From: Dudresnaya verticillata
Taxonomy: Eukaryota
DNA: 64,000 nt
NCBI GenBank assembly: GCA_977862235.1
Contig: OZ374557.1
Coordinates: 3,782,001-3,846,000, forward strand
Reading direction: 5' to 3'
Numbering within the stretch: the first letter of the stretch is position 1; every line of letters starts with the position of its first letter. The notes under the pieces are model-generated. The model did no database searches. It was not told the DNA's origin and saw only the letters and a program-made list of their open reading frames with translations. The position numbers and the translations under genes are program-made. Shown piece after piece: positions 47,761 through 60,039 of this stretch.

Positions 47761-50506
47761 CGGCACACGGCGGTTTCTTGCTGATGGGGATGCCGGTAAT
47801 GGTGGAGCTCGTGGGAACGGTCTGCCACTCAGGCGAGGAGAGCGGGGATTACTCCGCGGCCTATCCACATGATGGTTGAGCGTTTCGGCGAACTGCACCT
47901 GGGGACCTGCCGTTCGAGATGCCCCCTGTTCTCCGGGTGAGGGCTGGCGGTTCCCTCGTTGAAATGCCGAGGTTAATGTTGAGGACCTGAATCCGAGGAA
48001 CGCATCTCATTCGCGAATTAAGGCGAACGGCCCACGATGGCCAGCCATTCCCGTTGCTCCCTGGAGAGTTGTGCGTGGTGGTTACGTAGTATCTGCGAGA
48101 AGCCGTGCTCGTCTGTTCGTGCTAGATATGGGCAATTGGGCTTTTTATGCCCGATACCCAGACAGTCGAAGCAGATGTCATTCGGCCTATCTTCCACCAC
48201 AAGCCAGCCGGGACTGCGTGCGAGATGGTTGGGCCCACGAGGGAAGCCTTGGATTATGGTTGGATAGTACCGCACTGATGGAATCATAATAGCTGTCCGT
48301 AGCGTCGTGGACCAGACGTCCGAAGCTGTTACGGAAGAATCCGGCGCTCGGCTGTCGATGGCCGCCACCACGGCGTCCTCAAAATCTGAACTAGTCCTTG
48401 TAGAGCCAGAACTATCACTTGGCGCGACCTCAGTATTAGGACGTCCCTGCCTGACCAGTAGCGCACGGCCGGCAATCTTGGATTTAATGGAGGACTTTCG
48501 TCGCAACATAGAACTACCAGAGACACGCTCTCGACGACCAGCGCCCATGAGGGCCCGGTGTGAGTCATCTTGGGCAGTAGCCAGTTCCACATAGTCTGGA
48601 AGCCTAGCCGTTCGCGGGTCCAAACCCGAATTGCTCAGTAACGGCTTTGTGGCCGACAAGAGTCCACGGATGAACCTGGTGATCAGGTCCTATTCTGTAT
48701 ACACACCCGTGACCTTTCGAGCCTTATTCTGGAGGCGTCATGAGAAAGTCACTTCGTCCTCGTCCTCGGCTTGTGCCATGCGGTCCATTTACGAGGCTAT
48801 CCTCTCGATGTACACATCCTTCGCATATGTGCGTAGGAGGTAATTGACGGCCTCGGGCCACTCGGAGAATCCTCCATTATCATCTCCGGCCACATCGAAG
48901 TTGGCTTCGAACATGTCACGCGCATCCTTATCTAGGAATTCGGGGAGCACAAGAATTGCCGCCCCTTCGCTTATCCTGTCTTAGTCCAGTTGACGCTTCA
49001 AAGCAGCTAAGAAGCCAATGATCGCAACTGGTTCGCTTCCGTCGAACTTGCGACTCTTCATCATGGACTTGATACTCTTGATCTTCTTCGACGTGTCCTC
49101 AGTGACTTCTGGGCTCCTGTACTGGTTCAGGTTCAACAGACGTTAGTGTCGATAAGAGAGAACCTGAATGAAAGCCGGGTTCTGCGGAGCGAGCTCCTTA
49201 AAGTCCGAGCGTCTAGGTCTTCGCCAAGATGGGAGCGATGAACGCCTTGGTGGGGAACTATCCTTTTAGGAGAACTGCGGCTGACGCCGCTGCGTCGACC
49301 GACGCGGTTCATCCGGTTTCGACGGAATTCAGTCCCTTGGCTAGTACGGCATGTTCTACAACCTGACTGCGCAGCGCGCGGGTTGTCAGCATCCGAATGG
49401 TCATGTACCGATTCCACATCGGAGTCTCGCCTAGGCGAATGACGTCGCCTGTCTCGAGTCCCTTTCGGCACCGGGCTCCGGTGTCGCTCCACTTCAGGAG
49501 TTAAGTCCTTCTCAAGAAGGCATAACTGGAGACGAGTCTCGATTATGTTGATCCGACGCCGTTCGTCGGCTAGCTCCTTCCGTAAGAACGCAATTCCTCG
49601 GTCCTGTTCTACGCACGTGGCGTCATTCTCATCGAGACGAAGGGCCCGAACTGCTTCGGACGCTTCTTCCCGTGAGAGGTCCACTACTCGAGTGAGGGAC
49701 TCAAAATCTCCGTGGATCATTTCCACCCGCTCCACGAGCGATTCTATCCTCGTATCGAGTGATTCCATTTCATCCGCCACTCTCTACCCTGTATCGGAGT
49801 GGCGGATGCGGCCGGTCATTTCCTCTTGACAAAAGGTCAGTATCCGCTCATCTCGGCGACCGGCTGACTCATCAATGTAGCGTTTTACACGCGTGGGCGT
49901 TTCATCAGCCTGTGCTGCGGCAAGCGGCCTGATTTGGGTCGCTACGAGGTGACCAACACCATTAGCGACCATTCGGCGGATCCCCGATTCCGTAAAGCAC
50001 CGGACATCCTCCGAATTGGTATTCGTTCGGGTCGGCTGCCCATACGCAGACGACGAGTCGACTTCTGTCGGAGCCGCGTAATCGGTCGATCGTCCACTGG
50101 GTAGCCGCCCTGATTCTGGCATCACTTCTGGACCCTGGTCCTCATTCGCGTCCACTTGTGTGGATCCTTGCGGTTTTGACCGGGTCATTTTTCCTTCTAA
50201 CGTGGCCGAATCTCTTCCAGGGTTCGGCATCAAACCGGGAGTAGTCCCGAGAACAAGGCCAGGACTAGAACGTCCAACCAGTGGCGGTCGTTCGCGGGTT
50301 AGCCTCGGCTCGGGACCGTCTTCATCGGGGGCGTCGCCGTCGATATGGCGTCGCCCCAATCGCCCGTCCGAAGGGCTGCGCCTTAGTGCGGCAGTCCCAG
50401 AACGGGTAGTAACGCCCGAAATACGGACGGAGGAAAGACTTCCGGCACGACTGTCACCATGGCCGAGAAGGCTCGGCCTGGTTATATCTCCATTCGATTT
50501 CTGCAT
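47752..50506 (-). pseudogene. gag: Gypsy-C gag (fragmented)
   Basis: FDGSEPVAIIGFL capsid-like segment, knuckle CFDCLGIGHKKPNC; homologous to Gypsy-E gag. Confidence 0.88.
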
Positions 50507-51073
50507 CTTTCCGATGGTGTCGGACTAATAAACCGTCCCAAAATAGGTAATAATTCCGGAAGGACCGGTGGGTCGATGAGACTTTCCCGGTACGCCAACC
50601 GGCGTTCCGTAATTGTTTATCGCACGAGACGATGCGTAGAAGGGGAATCCTTTCCAGCTTGAGCACGGTTCTCGTACGTAAGCCTTGGTAGACGTCAGGG
50701 CTACCAGCGATTTCTCCAAGAGGCCTCTCCAACTTGTGCGCTGGCACGGCCTGTACAAAAGAACGATGTTTTACCAGGATGCACCGATAACCTGTCGAAA
50801 CAGTCTTGAGGGGGGCGTCAGTCACGCCCTCAACGGCAATTTCTAAATTACAACTAGGGCCGGTTGTAATTCAAAGAATAAATGTGCTCGCCACTGATTT
50901 GAGGCTGCTCAGCTGCTTGAGATGGAGCGTAGAAACCGTCAACAATCCTGACTAGGGTTTCAACACCGGTTGGCTGGGAAACTCGTCTTTGACATGAAAC
51001 AACGTCTTGAGTCTTGTACTCGTTGAGTTACCCAACCAGAGTTTAGAAAGAGAGGGAAACCAACCCAGAACAC

Positions 51074-51091
51074 TTCTAGGTCGGGAGACCA
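51074..51091 (-). promoter_or_regulatory. PBS of Gypsy-C
   Basis: TGGTCTCCCGACCTAGAA, 1 nt after the LTR end ...GCTACA. Confidence 0.85.
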
Positions 51092-51092
51092 A

Positions 51093-51850
51093 TGTAGCAC
51101 AACGGGTCCAGCCCAGGAAGAGCAAGGAAAACAAAGGACAACTGTCAGGAACCGTCGTGATCAGGGGTAGCTCGGGTGTGGTAGAGGCTTGGTATAATGG
51201 CACTAGGCCAGGAAAGAGGGAAACGGAAAAGGGGGGACGCGATGCGGTATTCCGCAGGAAACCGGCTGTACGGTGACGAGCCTGTAGTTGAAAGAAAGGG
51301 AACGGGAACGGGAAGCGCCCGGAATCTAGAAAATGGTCAAAACCGAGAAGCTTCCCGTAGGGTTCAATTAGGGGTGCCCTACTATTCAGGGGACCAATAA
51401 ATAGGGCTTTTGCCCGTGCTAATACTAGATAACACAGTGTACTGTACACAAGTTACATTGAGCAATCGGAGGCGGATTCACGCCCCTGTGGCGGCCTATA
51501 ATCGGGCAATATCCCAGCGCCTGTGGTATAACGAAGTCCATGGTGACACGGGGAAGTCTCGCACTGTGAAGGAATTGCCTCGGAGCCTAATGAATGGCCT
51601 CGTAGCCTAACGGAGAAATGAAAGGGGTGGTAGCGTGGTAGAGCGGAGCGACCAACACGAAGGGCCACGGTGTCAACGTATTCCTGCGCGGAAGGGAGAA
51701 CTCGAGCGATCGATCACCGGGGATGACTCCAGGTGCGCGGCGCTATCGAAAGCGAGGCTCGACCGTATCCGCGGTCACGAAGACGAAGGCACCGAACTCG
51801 AAGCAACAGGCGTTTAGCGAAGACTCCGAGGTCCGGGCTCTAGTTGCTTA
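51093..51850 (-). repeat. Gypsy-C 5' LTR (outer boundary uncertain)
   Basis: Ends GCTACA next to the PBS; similar to the LTR end of Gypsy-E (56570-56934). Confidence 0.6.
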
Positions 51851-52189
51851 CCGGAACCCCTCGGAGGTTGTGCCAGACGATTGGCTAAGTAATACTACGT
51901 GAGCACGAATACATGTCAATGCGGGAGACGGTTCGTACTCGAATGATTCGTAACGGCCTCGGTGCCAACGAACGGTCGTCTCACGTATGGTGGCGGTTAC
52001 GAAGTGCGCCAGCGATGCATACGGAGGTGCGCGTGTCTCGTGGGCCCCAGTGCCGTTACGCGCGGGAAACAACGGGAAGATCACGAAGGTGTCAGTGATT
52101 TCGTATCGGGTGCGCACTGTAATGCGAATGCCATCGTGGGGCGCGCGATCACGAAGTCAGCTCGGAATTCGTCCGGGGGTGTCAGCGAT

Positions 52190-52962
52190 TGTAGTATAGA
52201 CGTCGGGTCGATCCGACGTCTGATACTTGCTGGTCCGAAGCCGCCACACAGACCCGTCGATGAGTAGCTGTTGGGGTTGGTAGAGCGGTGTCGGCCGCGT
52301 GCGCCCCGCAGGTGCGGATCGACGGCGTCGATGCCGGAGCGCGCACGGGGCTTACCGTACGCGGGTAGGCAGCGGCCGGATCCCAGCGTCCCTGTCGAAG
52401 GGCGGCACGAAGCCGACGGAAAGGAAAAGGAAAGGGGAAAGCCTAGCGAGGCAAGGGGAAAAGGGAAACCGCCCGCTGGCGTAAGGCAAAGGAATCGAAC
52501 CCGAAAAGGCTGGGGGCAAGCTTCAGCGCGAGCTGTTGCTTGCCCGGTTTACTGAGCCGTCGATGGCCGACGGTCTTAAACACCCTACACTATGTGCACT
52601 ACGACTACTTCTACAGTAGGTGCGCCCCACAACACCAACGCGGGAGGTGTGCGAGCGCGCGCCCATACACGTGTCGACAAGTCCGGGTAACGGTTACCCG
52701 TGGGCGCGCGCGGGGCGTAACGGGCAGCGGCCCTCTCAACGGCTCGGTGCCGGAGAGCGTCACAGGGGCGCGCCGTGTGCGGCACGGCGCGCGGCCGCTG
52801 CCGGCAGCAATGCGGTCGACCGCTACTAATTCAACGAAAAAACTAAGGGCACGCTGCCCAACCACGACTCGCCAGCGGGCGTCATCGTGTGCACCATTAC
52901 AGTGCGGCGCTGCCAGCATACCTTACAGCCGCTGCTGATAGTGTGCTGACAGCTATACTACA
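52190..52962 (-). mobile_element. Solo LTR (773 bp)
   Basis: TGTAGTATAG...CTATACTACA termini and 5-bp TSD GCGAT; inserted in a ~90-bp tandem repeat. Confidence 0.92.
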
Positions 52963-53149
52963 GCGATTTCGTATCGTGTGCGGGCTGTAATGCGAACGCC
53001 ATCGTGGCGCGCACAGTATGCGCACTGTAATACGTTTGCCATCGTGGCGTGCGCATTCACAGAGTCAGTTCGAAATTCGTATTTCTCGATTATTTCCACG
53101 TAGACCACGGAGTCGTTTCGCGGATAGCGTCTATACCACAAGTCGTTAT

Positions 53150-53600
53150 CCCCGTTATGTCCTTTCCGGGCGTAACACCTGTCTCGTCGAGGTTGAAAAT
53201 CCGGGACTCATCGAGTCCGTGTTCTTCGATGAGACGTTCCATTGTTGCAAAATGTGTCGTCAGCACTGTACTGTTAACTGCGGCGATTTGTTTCGCCTCT
53301 TGGCGAAGTGGCTTGGAAAAAGGAAAGCTGTTTTGCGTGTCGTCGACGGAAGCTGCGTAGAAAAGCAGGCCCCGGGGAAAATCGAGAGAACGGTAGCATC
53401 GGGGGCCTTACAGGCGACATTCTGCCAACCACGATTTCGATGGCTTCGCGAAGGTGTTGCTGGCTGAGCGGCACGCCGCGTTGGGAGAACTTAACAAGGA
53501 AGTCAACGAGCAGCTGTTCCTCCTGCGGTTTGAGTGCAACGTTTCGCCCTGGTTTGCTTATTTCTTTTTCTGGGTTCGTCACACGAGAATGGAGGGTCCC
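53150..53600 (-). pseudogene. pogo/Tc5-like transposase fragment (CENP-B-type HTH and start of DDE domain)
   Basis: GRNVALKPQEEQLLVDFL...RGVPL...PGPAFLRSFRRRH...RIFNLDETG. Confidence 0.85.
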
Positions 53601-54369
53601 TGTAGTATAGCTGTCAGCACCCTACCAGCAGCGGCTGCAAGGTATGCTGGCAGCCCTGCACTGTAATGGTGCACACGATGACGCCCGCTGGCGAGTCGTG
53701 GTTGGGCAGCGTGCCCTTAGTTTTTTCGTTGAATCAGTAGCGGTCGACCGCATTGCTGCCGGCAGCGGCCGCGCGCCATGCCGCACACGGCGCGCCCCTG
53801 TGACGCTCTCCGGCATCGAGCCGTTGAGAGGGCCGCTGCCCGTTACGCCCCGCGCCCGCCCACGGGTAACCGTTACCCGGACTTGTCGACACGTGTATGG
53901 GCGCGCGCTCGCACACCTCCCGCGTTGGTGTTGTGGGGCGCACCTACTGTAGAAGTAGTCGTAGTGCACATAGTGTAGGGTGTTTAAGACCGTCGGCCAT
54001 CGACGGCTCAGTAAACCGGGCAAGCAACAGCTCGCGCTGAAGCTTGCCCCCAGCCTTTTCGGGTTCGATCCCTTTGCCTTACGCCAGCGGGCGGTTTCCC
54101 TTTTTCCCTTTGCCTCGCTAGGCTTTTCCCCTTTCTTTTTCCTTTCCGTCGGCTTCGTGCCGCCCTTCGACAGGGACGCTGGGATCCGACCGCTGCCTAC
54201 CCGCGTACGGTACGCCCCGTGCGCGCTCCGGCATCGACGCCGTCGATCCGCACCTGCGGAGCGCACGCGGCCGACACCGCTCTACCAACCCCAACAGCTA
54301 CCCATCGACGGGTCTGTGTGGCGGCTTCGGACCAGCAAGTATTAGACGTCGGATCGACCCGACGTCTAT
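53601..54369 (+). repeat. Second copy of the 52190-52962 LTR in opposite orientation, missing the last 6 nt
   Basis: Starts TGTAGTATAGCTGTCAGCAC; near-identical reverse complement of the solo LTR. Confidence 0.88.
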
Positions 54370-54573
54370 TCTCTCCATGCAGAATCGAAATGTTGCTGCT
54401 GATTTCCGGTAGGCCATGCCTGCCTTCACCGCGGCCACGGCAACGGGGAGGTTACCGTGGGCCTCCGGGGAGGGGCGTCGGTTGTTGTGACAGTTAACCA
54501 TGATGGGCCTTAAGGACTGGTCGGTCTGGAGGACGATGGGATGCGACGAGGGGGGGCAAGGGTCCGCGGAAAG

Positions 54574-55474
54574 TGTGGTGCAAGGGGAGGCGAGCCCTTT
54601 TTCGCTGAAAGCGGGCAGACCAAATACGTCGACCGACGGAGAAACCGCCACCGGCGTTCACCACTGCCGTTGGCGCGCGAACACGTCATCGACGGCTCAC
54701 TGGAGCGCGCGCGCACACTGCGCGCCGCACGCCACGCGGGCACTGTACGGTGATGGGCCGACATGGCGCCCCGGGGCACTGTAATACAGATCCAGATGGG
54801 ATCCGGATCTGGTATCCGGATTGGCTATCCGGATCGCCTAAGCTGTAAGATACACGCCTGTAAGGCTGCAGGTGTTCGCATTGCTGGCCCGATCCAGATG
54901 GGATCGGGATCGGACAAGTATCGGATTAGATCCAAGGCGCACGCTCTACAGTACGCGCGCGCGCACGGCTGTAAGGCACACGCGTCCACGTGTGTGTGTA
55001 AGCACCCACACAGGGGTTTGCACGGCAACCTGTCAGGCGCGCGGCTGCATGCAACGGATGATCTGTCAGACGCGCCTCGGGACGACACGTGTCCCGAGTT
55101 CCCGCGCTATGCACACGCACCGCCGCCGCCGCACCGCCGTACTATACTTAGGTAAGCCGTCCCACACGTAACAGTAAACGCCCGGGCAAGCCGGCCTTGG
55201 TCCAGACTTCCCCGTTCCGCACGCGCGTATCCTACCGCTGCCTACGGCTCAAGCGTCTACCTCCCGTGCTTCCACGTCTATCATCGTCCTTGACGTGTTC
55301 CCTTGCTGTTTTCTTTTCCCTTCCCTTCCGCCTTGGGCGTTTACAGTCAGCCCAAGGCGTGTCCTTTGCTCTACCACAAGTCGCCCAAGGCGGGACTACT
55401 CACCGCCAAGGGCGCAGCTACCCACCGAGCCCCGAACTGCTCGGCGGTCTATCGTCGCAGACGATTGCACCACA
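54574..55474 (+). mobile_element. Solo LTR (901 bp) related to the Gypsy-1 LTR
   Basis: TGTGGTGCAA...TTGCACCACA termini, 5-bp TSD GAAAG, colinear with 1762-2673, no PBS downstream. Confidence 0.92.
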
Positions 55475-56220
55475 GAAAGGCTTTGCGAAGCACGTTTTTG
55501 CATTTGTTTGCATGAGGACGCGTGTGGTGAAGCGGCCGTTGTGGAGTGCCGACTACGGTTGAGCCGACTCGCGGCCGGCGCACCGGTGAGCTGGCGCCAA
55601 AAGCCGAAGCGGAGTGCAGTGACACAGTAGCACTGTATGCCCTGCTGGAGTCTGCGCGCACCACCAATAGGAGCCAGGTAGTTGATTTATTTGTAATTAG
55701 GTAATTATAATCATGCTGTACAGTACGTAGTGTCAGCCGGTCAATGAGAATCCCGAGCATGTCCGCAACGGTGACCGGGACCAGTAGGGCCGGACCCACC
55801 TGGTGGACCAGACCCATTGGGGTCCGGCCCACACGGACCGGACCGCGGGGCGTATCTCCCAGTATATTAATGGGTGGCCACCGCGAGTCCTACAGTAAAC
55901 GGGTACGCAACCCTGGGCAAAGTGACTTACCCTAAGCCTTACCCTCATACTCCTTTACGGTTTCCCCTCGCCAGCCCCGTACACGGATTCCTCTTACCCC
56001 CGTCCCGGTGTAGCTGTCCTGGAACTGTACCGTCCCCCTTGTCTGTTGCGTCCCTTTACTCCTTACAGGTGTTGCCGCTCGAGGTACTCCCTTCGGTCTA
56101 CGAACTAAGCTCTACCACCCCGTGTGGCAGTATGGACGCTGTCAGCAGGAGGACTTACAGAAGCGCACTTCTTTTCGCGGGACAGACTGTCTCTTAATCA
56201 GGACAGCTGTCCTTTCATCG

Positions 56221-56306
56221 CTATACACGTGGATGACACGTGGAATACACGTGTATACACGTGTGTACACGTGGACTTACAGCTATACACGTGGCATACA
56301 CGTGGC
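56221..56306. promoter_or_regulatory. Array of seven CACGTG (G-box/E-box) motifs in the presumed Gypsy-E LTR
   Basis: ACACGTG occurs seven times in ~85 bp. Confidence 0.6.
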
Positions 56307-57216
56307 CTTGTAATGACGCCAGTTGGACACCTCGTATTGGCTGATTTATAACGCGCCGCTGCGCTCCTACTCACGGACGAGGAGCACCTCTGCGCTCAGG
56401 GTATCGACAATGCAGCCGGGACCTCGGCTTGCGCCCCGGCGCATCCGCCACCAAGTCCCCTAACTGGAATGCATTCCCACTTTTGACTTGTACTGACTGT
56501 ACTAACCTTTGTTTCTATAATCGTAGACTAACTTAGACCCCCTTTTGGGCTGATAGAGTTTTCGGCTGTCAAGCCCTACTTATGGGCGCCGGAATAGCCG
56601 GCGCCCTCAGAATAAACACTCAGCGGAGTTGTTCGGGAAGTTTCCACCTTTTGGTCGCTCGGACGCTCCGCGCCTGCAGGGGTCGCCCAGTACAGGCCCG
56701 GACATCGTACGACAAGTACTCTACGAAATACCGGGTCGCAACCTCTATACTTTCCTTCAGTCGGTCGCGTCGAGTCTTTACCGTGCTTCCGCACCCCCCC
56801 TTTCGGGTCATCAGGGCCCGCCTTTTCCAAGCCTCTACCAATCCTCCCTCGAGCTACCACACATTAGCGTGTGACATCGGACAGCTGTCTTTTCTTTGTT
56901 CTTTGCTGTTTCTGGCCGGTGCCATACTGCTACAGTGGTCTCCCGACCTAGAAACGTTTTCTAGGTCGGTTCCCTTCCATTGTTGCTACAATCTTTTCGA
57001 ATTTTCTGGTTTCAACCACTTCAACCACGGGACGATTCCCCGAGAAGCGTCAAGTTCAAGACGGAAAAACAAGAGAAGTACGGATTGTCCGGTGAAAGCC
57101 TGGGGAAAACTGTCCCCCGCCCTCATCGGCACTTCCGAAAGCTACGGCTCGTTCAGCTGTCCGTCCGGAACGGTATACTCCCACGGGCAGCTATCAAGCC
57201 GACAACGGGCGAGTAA

Positions 57217-59848
57217 GTGTACTCAGGCGCCATGCCTACATCAAATGGCGAAACCACGCGACCTGGCCTCACCGGCCGTCGCACCAACAGCCGAACGGCG
57301 TGCTTATCTTCCGTCCGGCTGACCGGGGTGACCACCCGTGCAACTACGGCAGCAACCGCTTTAGTTCGCAGCCCCTCAGCGGGTACCCTGGGACGTCCTC
57401 CCCGTGACCAAGCGGGAAGCGTCCCTGAAGAAAAGGAGTTATCGGCTCGGATAGCTCAAGAAGAATTGCCCGGCTCCGGCGGAGACCGGGCCTTGAACGA
57501 AGAAGAACGGGTTGCAACCCTTACACCTCGAGTAGGAGCGAGTACGAAGGTCTCGAGTGAAAGTATGGATCGCAATCCCAGAACGCGTGAGTCTACGGGC
57601 ATGTTGCCACCTTCGGTAAACATCCGTGGGTTCAATCCGACCGAGTCAAGCCTTCCCCCGGACATTGGGATGCCTATCCGGGCGACGGCCAATTCTTCCG
57701 CCGAACGGTGCTCACTGAACGAGAAATCGGAAGGATGATCCAAGATGGAATAGAACGGACAGTCAGTCCCGAGCTGGCAGCAGCTTTAGAAGTCCAGGTG
57801 GACGAGTCCCTCTCGAGAATCAAACGATATATCGATGAGTCGGCCGTTCGCCAGAATGAAGAAGTGCTGACCAGATGTCAAGAGGAGATAACGTCCCGAC
57901 TTCGTCTTGGAAATCCCGGCATCCCACAAGAAGAAGGACTCGCGACGCTTCGCGTTCGAGTTAATTCGCTGGTTGAGCGTGTCGAGGAAGTCCCCGATAC
58001 GGTGGGAACGCTTTCCCGAGAAGTTGACCAGTCGAGGAACGACGCCCTTGGGACAATATCAGGCGTTGATCATAACGCAGACGGCGCGCGGTGCGCCGAA
58101 CAGAATGAAGCCATCGAGCTCCTCCGTAAGGAACTCGATGAAGAAAGGCGAAGAGTCGCGACTTTGGATGCTCGCGTCAGGCGACTGATGCGTGAACGGG
58201 ATGAATCCCCTGAAATGCAGAGACGTCGTTCTCCTGTTCCGCGAGGGACACGCGACCGACGCCGACTTTCGCCACATCGGGATGGAAGAAGGGGTGACGA
58301 CCCGTACCATCGCGAGGAGAGGTATCCTCCTAGACAGCCGGACACGCACAGTCAGTGCCTCTGCAGTGCCATACATGGCGATAACCCATGTATGGGACGA
58401 AGTCGAAGTGGATACCGGGACGGCTCCCCGTCACGAGATTATCGGTCGTGACCCGTAACGCCGCATGGCCGACAAGTGGACAGCCATCAACGGCAGTCCT
58501 CGCATCGTGACGCCGAGCCGGAGGGTGCATACGGAGCGGACTCCCGAAGCCAGCCAAGGTCCTCTTGGATAGGACCACGCCGGTCAGGCCTAAAGGAGTT
58601 AGTACCACGGAACCCAGCGTTCGCTAACGTTCTTTCGTATCGACGATACCGGTTGTTAAACCTTGACCCTTACCGGGGACCCGAGGTAACGGAATCGACG
58701 TCCCGAAAGATTAAGCGGATCAAGTCCGTGATGCGTAGTCGACGCTTCGACGGGAGTGACCCGGTATCGATAATCGGCTTCCTAGCCACGCTGAAGCGTC
58801 AATTAGACCAAGCATATGTCAGCGAGGGAGCCGCGATCCTAGTGATACCGGAGTTTCTCGAGAAGGACGCCAAGGATCTCTTCGAGGCGAACTTCGACGT
58901 TGCGGGCGACGATAATGGGGGATTCGCCGAATGGCCGGAGGCAGTGAACTACTTACTGCGAAGCTTCGCGAAGGACGTGTACATCGAGCGCATAGCTGCC
59001 GAGATGGACCGCATGTCCCAGGAGCCCGACGAGGATGAGGTATCATTCTCAAGGAGGCTCCAGAATAACGCGCGAAGAGTCGCCGGAGTGTACTCGGAGC
59101 AGGACCTCATCACACGGTTCATCCGAGGGTTGCTACCCGCTGTCAATCCATTGCTGAGTACCACCTCACTGGACCCGGCAACGGCCCGACTCGCGGATTA
59201 CGTGGAGCTAGCCACCGCCCAAGGTGATTCCCACCGCGCGCTCGTCGGAGCCAGTCGAAGGAAGGACAAGTCCTCCGGGCTGCTGCCCCGTAAGAAGTTG
59301 ACGACACGCACCGTCCCCGGAAAGTCGAGCAGAACTCTGCTGGTTCGACAAGGTCAGCCGGTCGCTCGGGTAACATCCCACTCCTATTCGGATAATGACT
59401 CTTCGAGTAGTGACTCAGATGCCAACGGGCAACCAGTTGCTGCATTCGAACGCGACGCGGGCCCGTCCTCGGTGTCGCCAACGGATACATGGTCCGGATA
59501 GCCTAGTGAGGGCAGAAGCCGTTATGAAGCAGTTCAAGCGGTTATGTCTAACCAAAATCCAAGGCTCCCCGCATGGGCACAACCATCCAAGGCACAGCGC
59601 CCAGGATGGGTAACAGTCGATGATCTCCCGAAAGATATTTGTTTTGAGTGCTTTGGTGTGGGCCACAAGAAGCCCAACTGCCCTCATCTAGGTCGTACGG
59701 ACGATTTGGAATTTGCCACGCTGATGCGATCGACAGGCCGCGGCCTCACTCTCCCAGATCACCTCGCATGGGCGGACGCCCCTTTCCTCCACCACCCCCT
59801 TTACCACATTCCCCGGCTAGCAAGCCCGGCTCACAGCCGAAAAACTAG
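57217..59848 (+). pseudogene. gag: Gypsy-E gag (frameshifted)
   Basis: FDGSDPVSIIGFL...RFIRGL; CFECFGVGHKKPNC. Confidence 0.88.
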
Positions 59849-60039
59849 CTAGGGGGGACTGGGGTTCCACCCCGGAGCCCCCCGATCATCCGAAAACTGA
59901 GGGTAGCAACCCACTTGGCGCGTTGCCAACTCCCGGTTCATCGGAACGGTCGGATGTCGAGACACCTCTCGTTCTACCCAAGAAGGTATTAGCTCGCCCA
60001 ATGGGCCTCCCTCCAGGGCGTACGTTCGAATAGTATTGT

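Noticed and set aside
51074..51091. tRNA gene
   Set aside because: Only the 18-nt PBS; no cloverleaf
51849..51880. TA-flanked pogo TIR (CCGGAACCCCTCGGAGG...)
   Set aside because: No partner inverted copy found in the window, so the boundary cannot be supported
52190..54369. Foldback/TIR transposon with 770-bp TIRs carrying the pogo gene
   Set aside because: The left arm is itself a complete solo LTR (TG...CA, own GCGAT TSD), and no TSD flanks the pair
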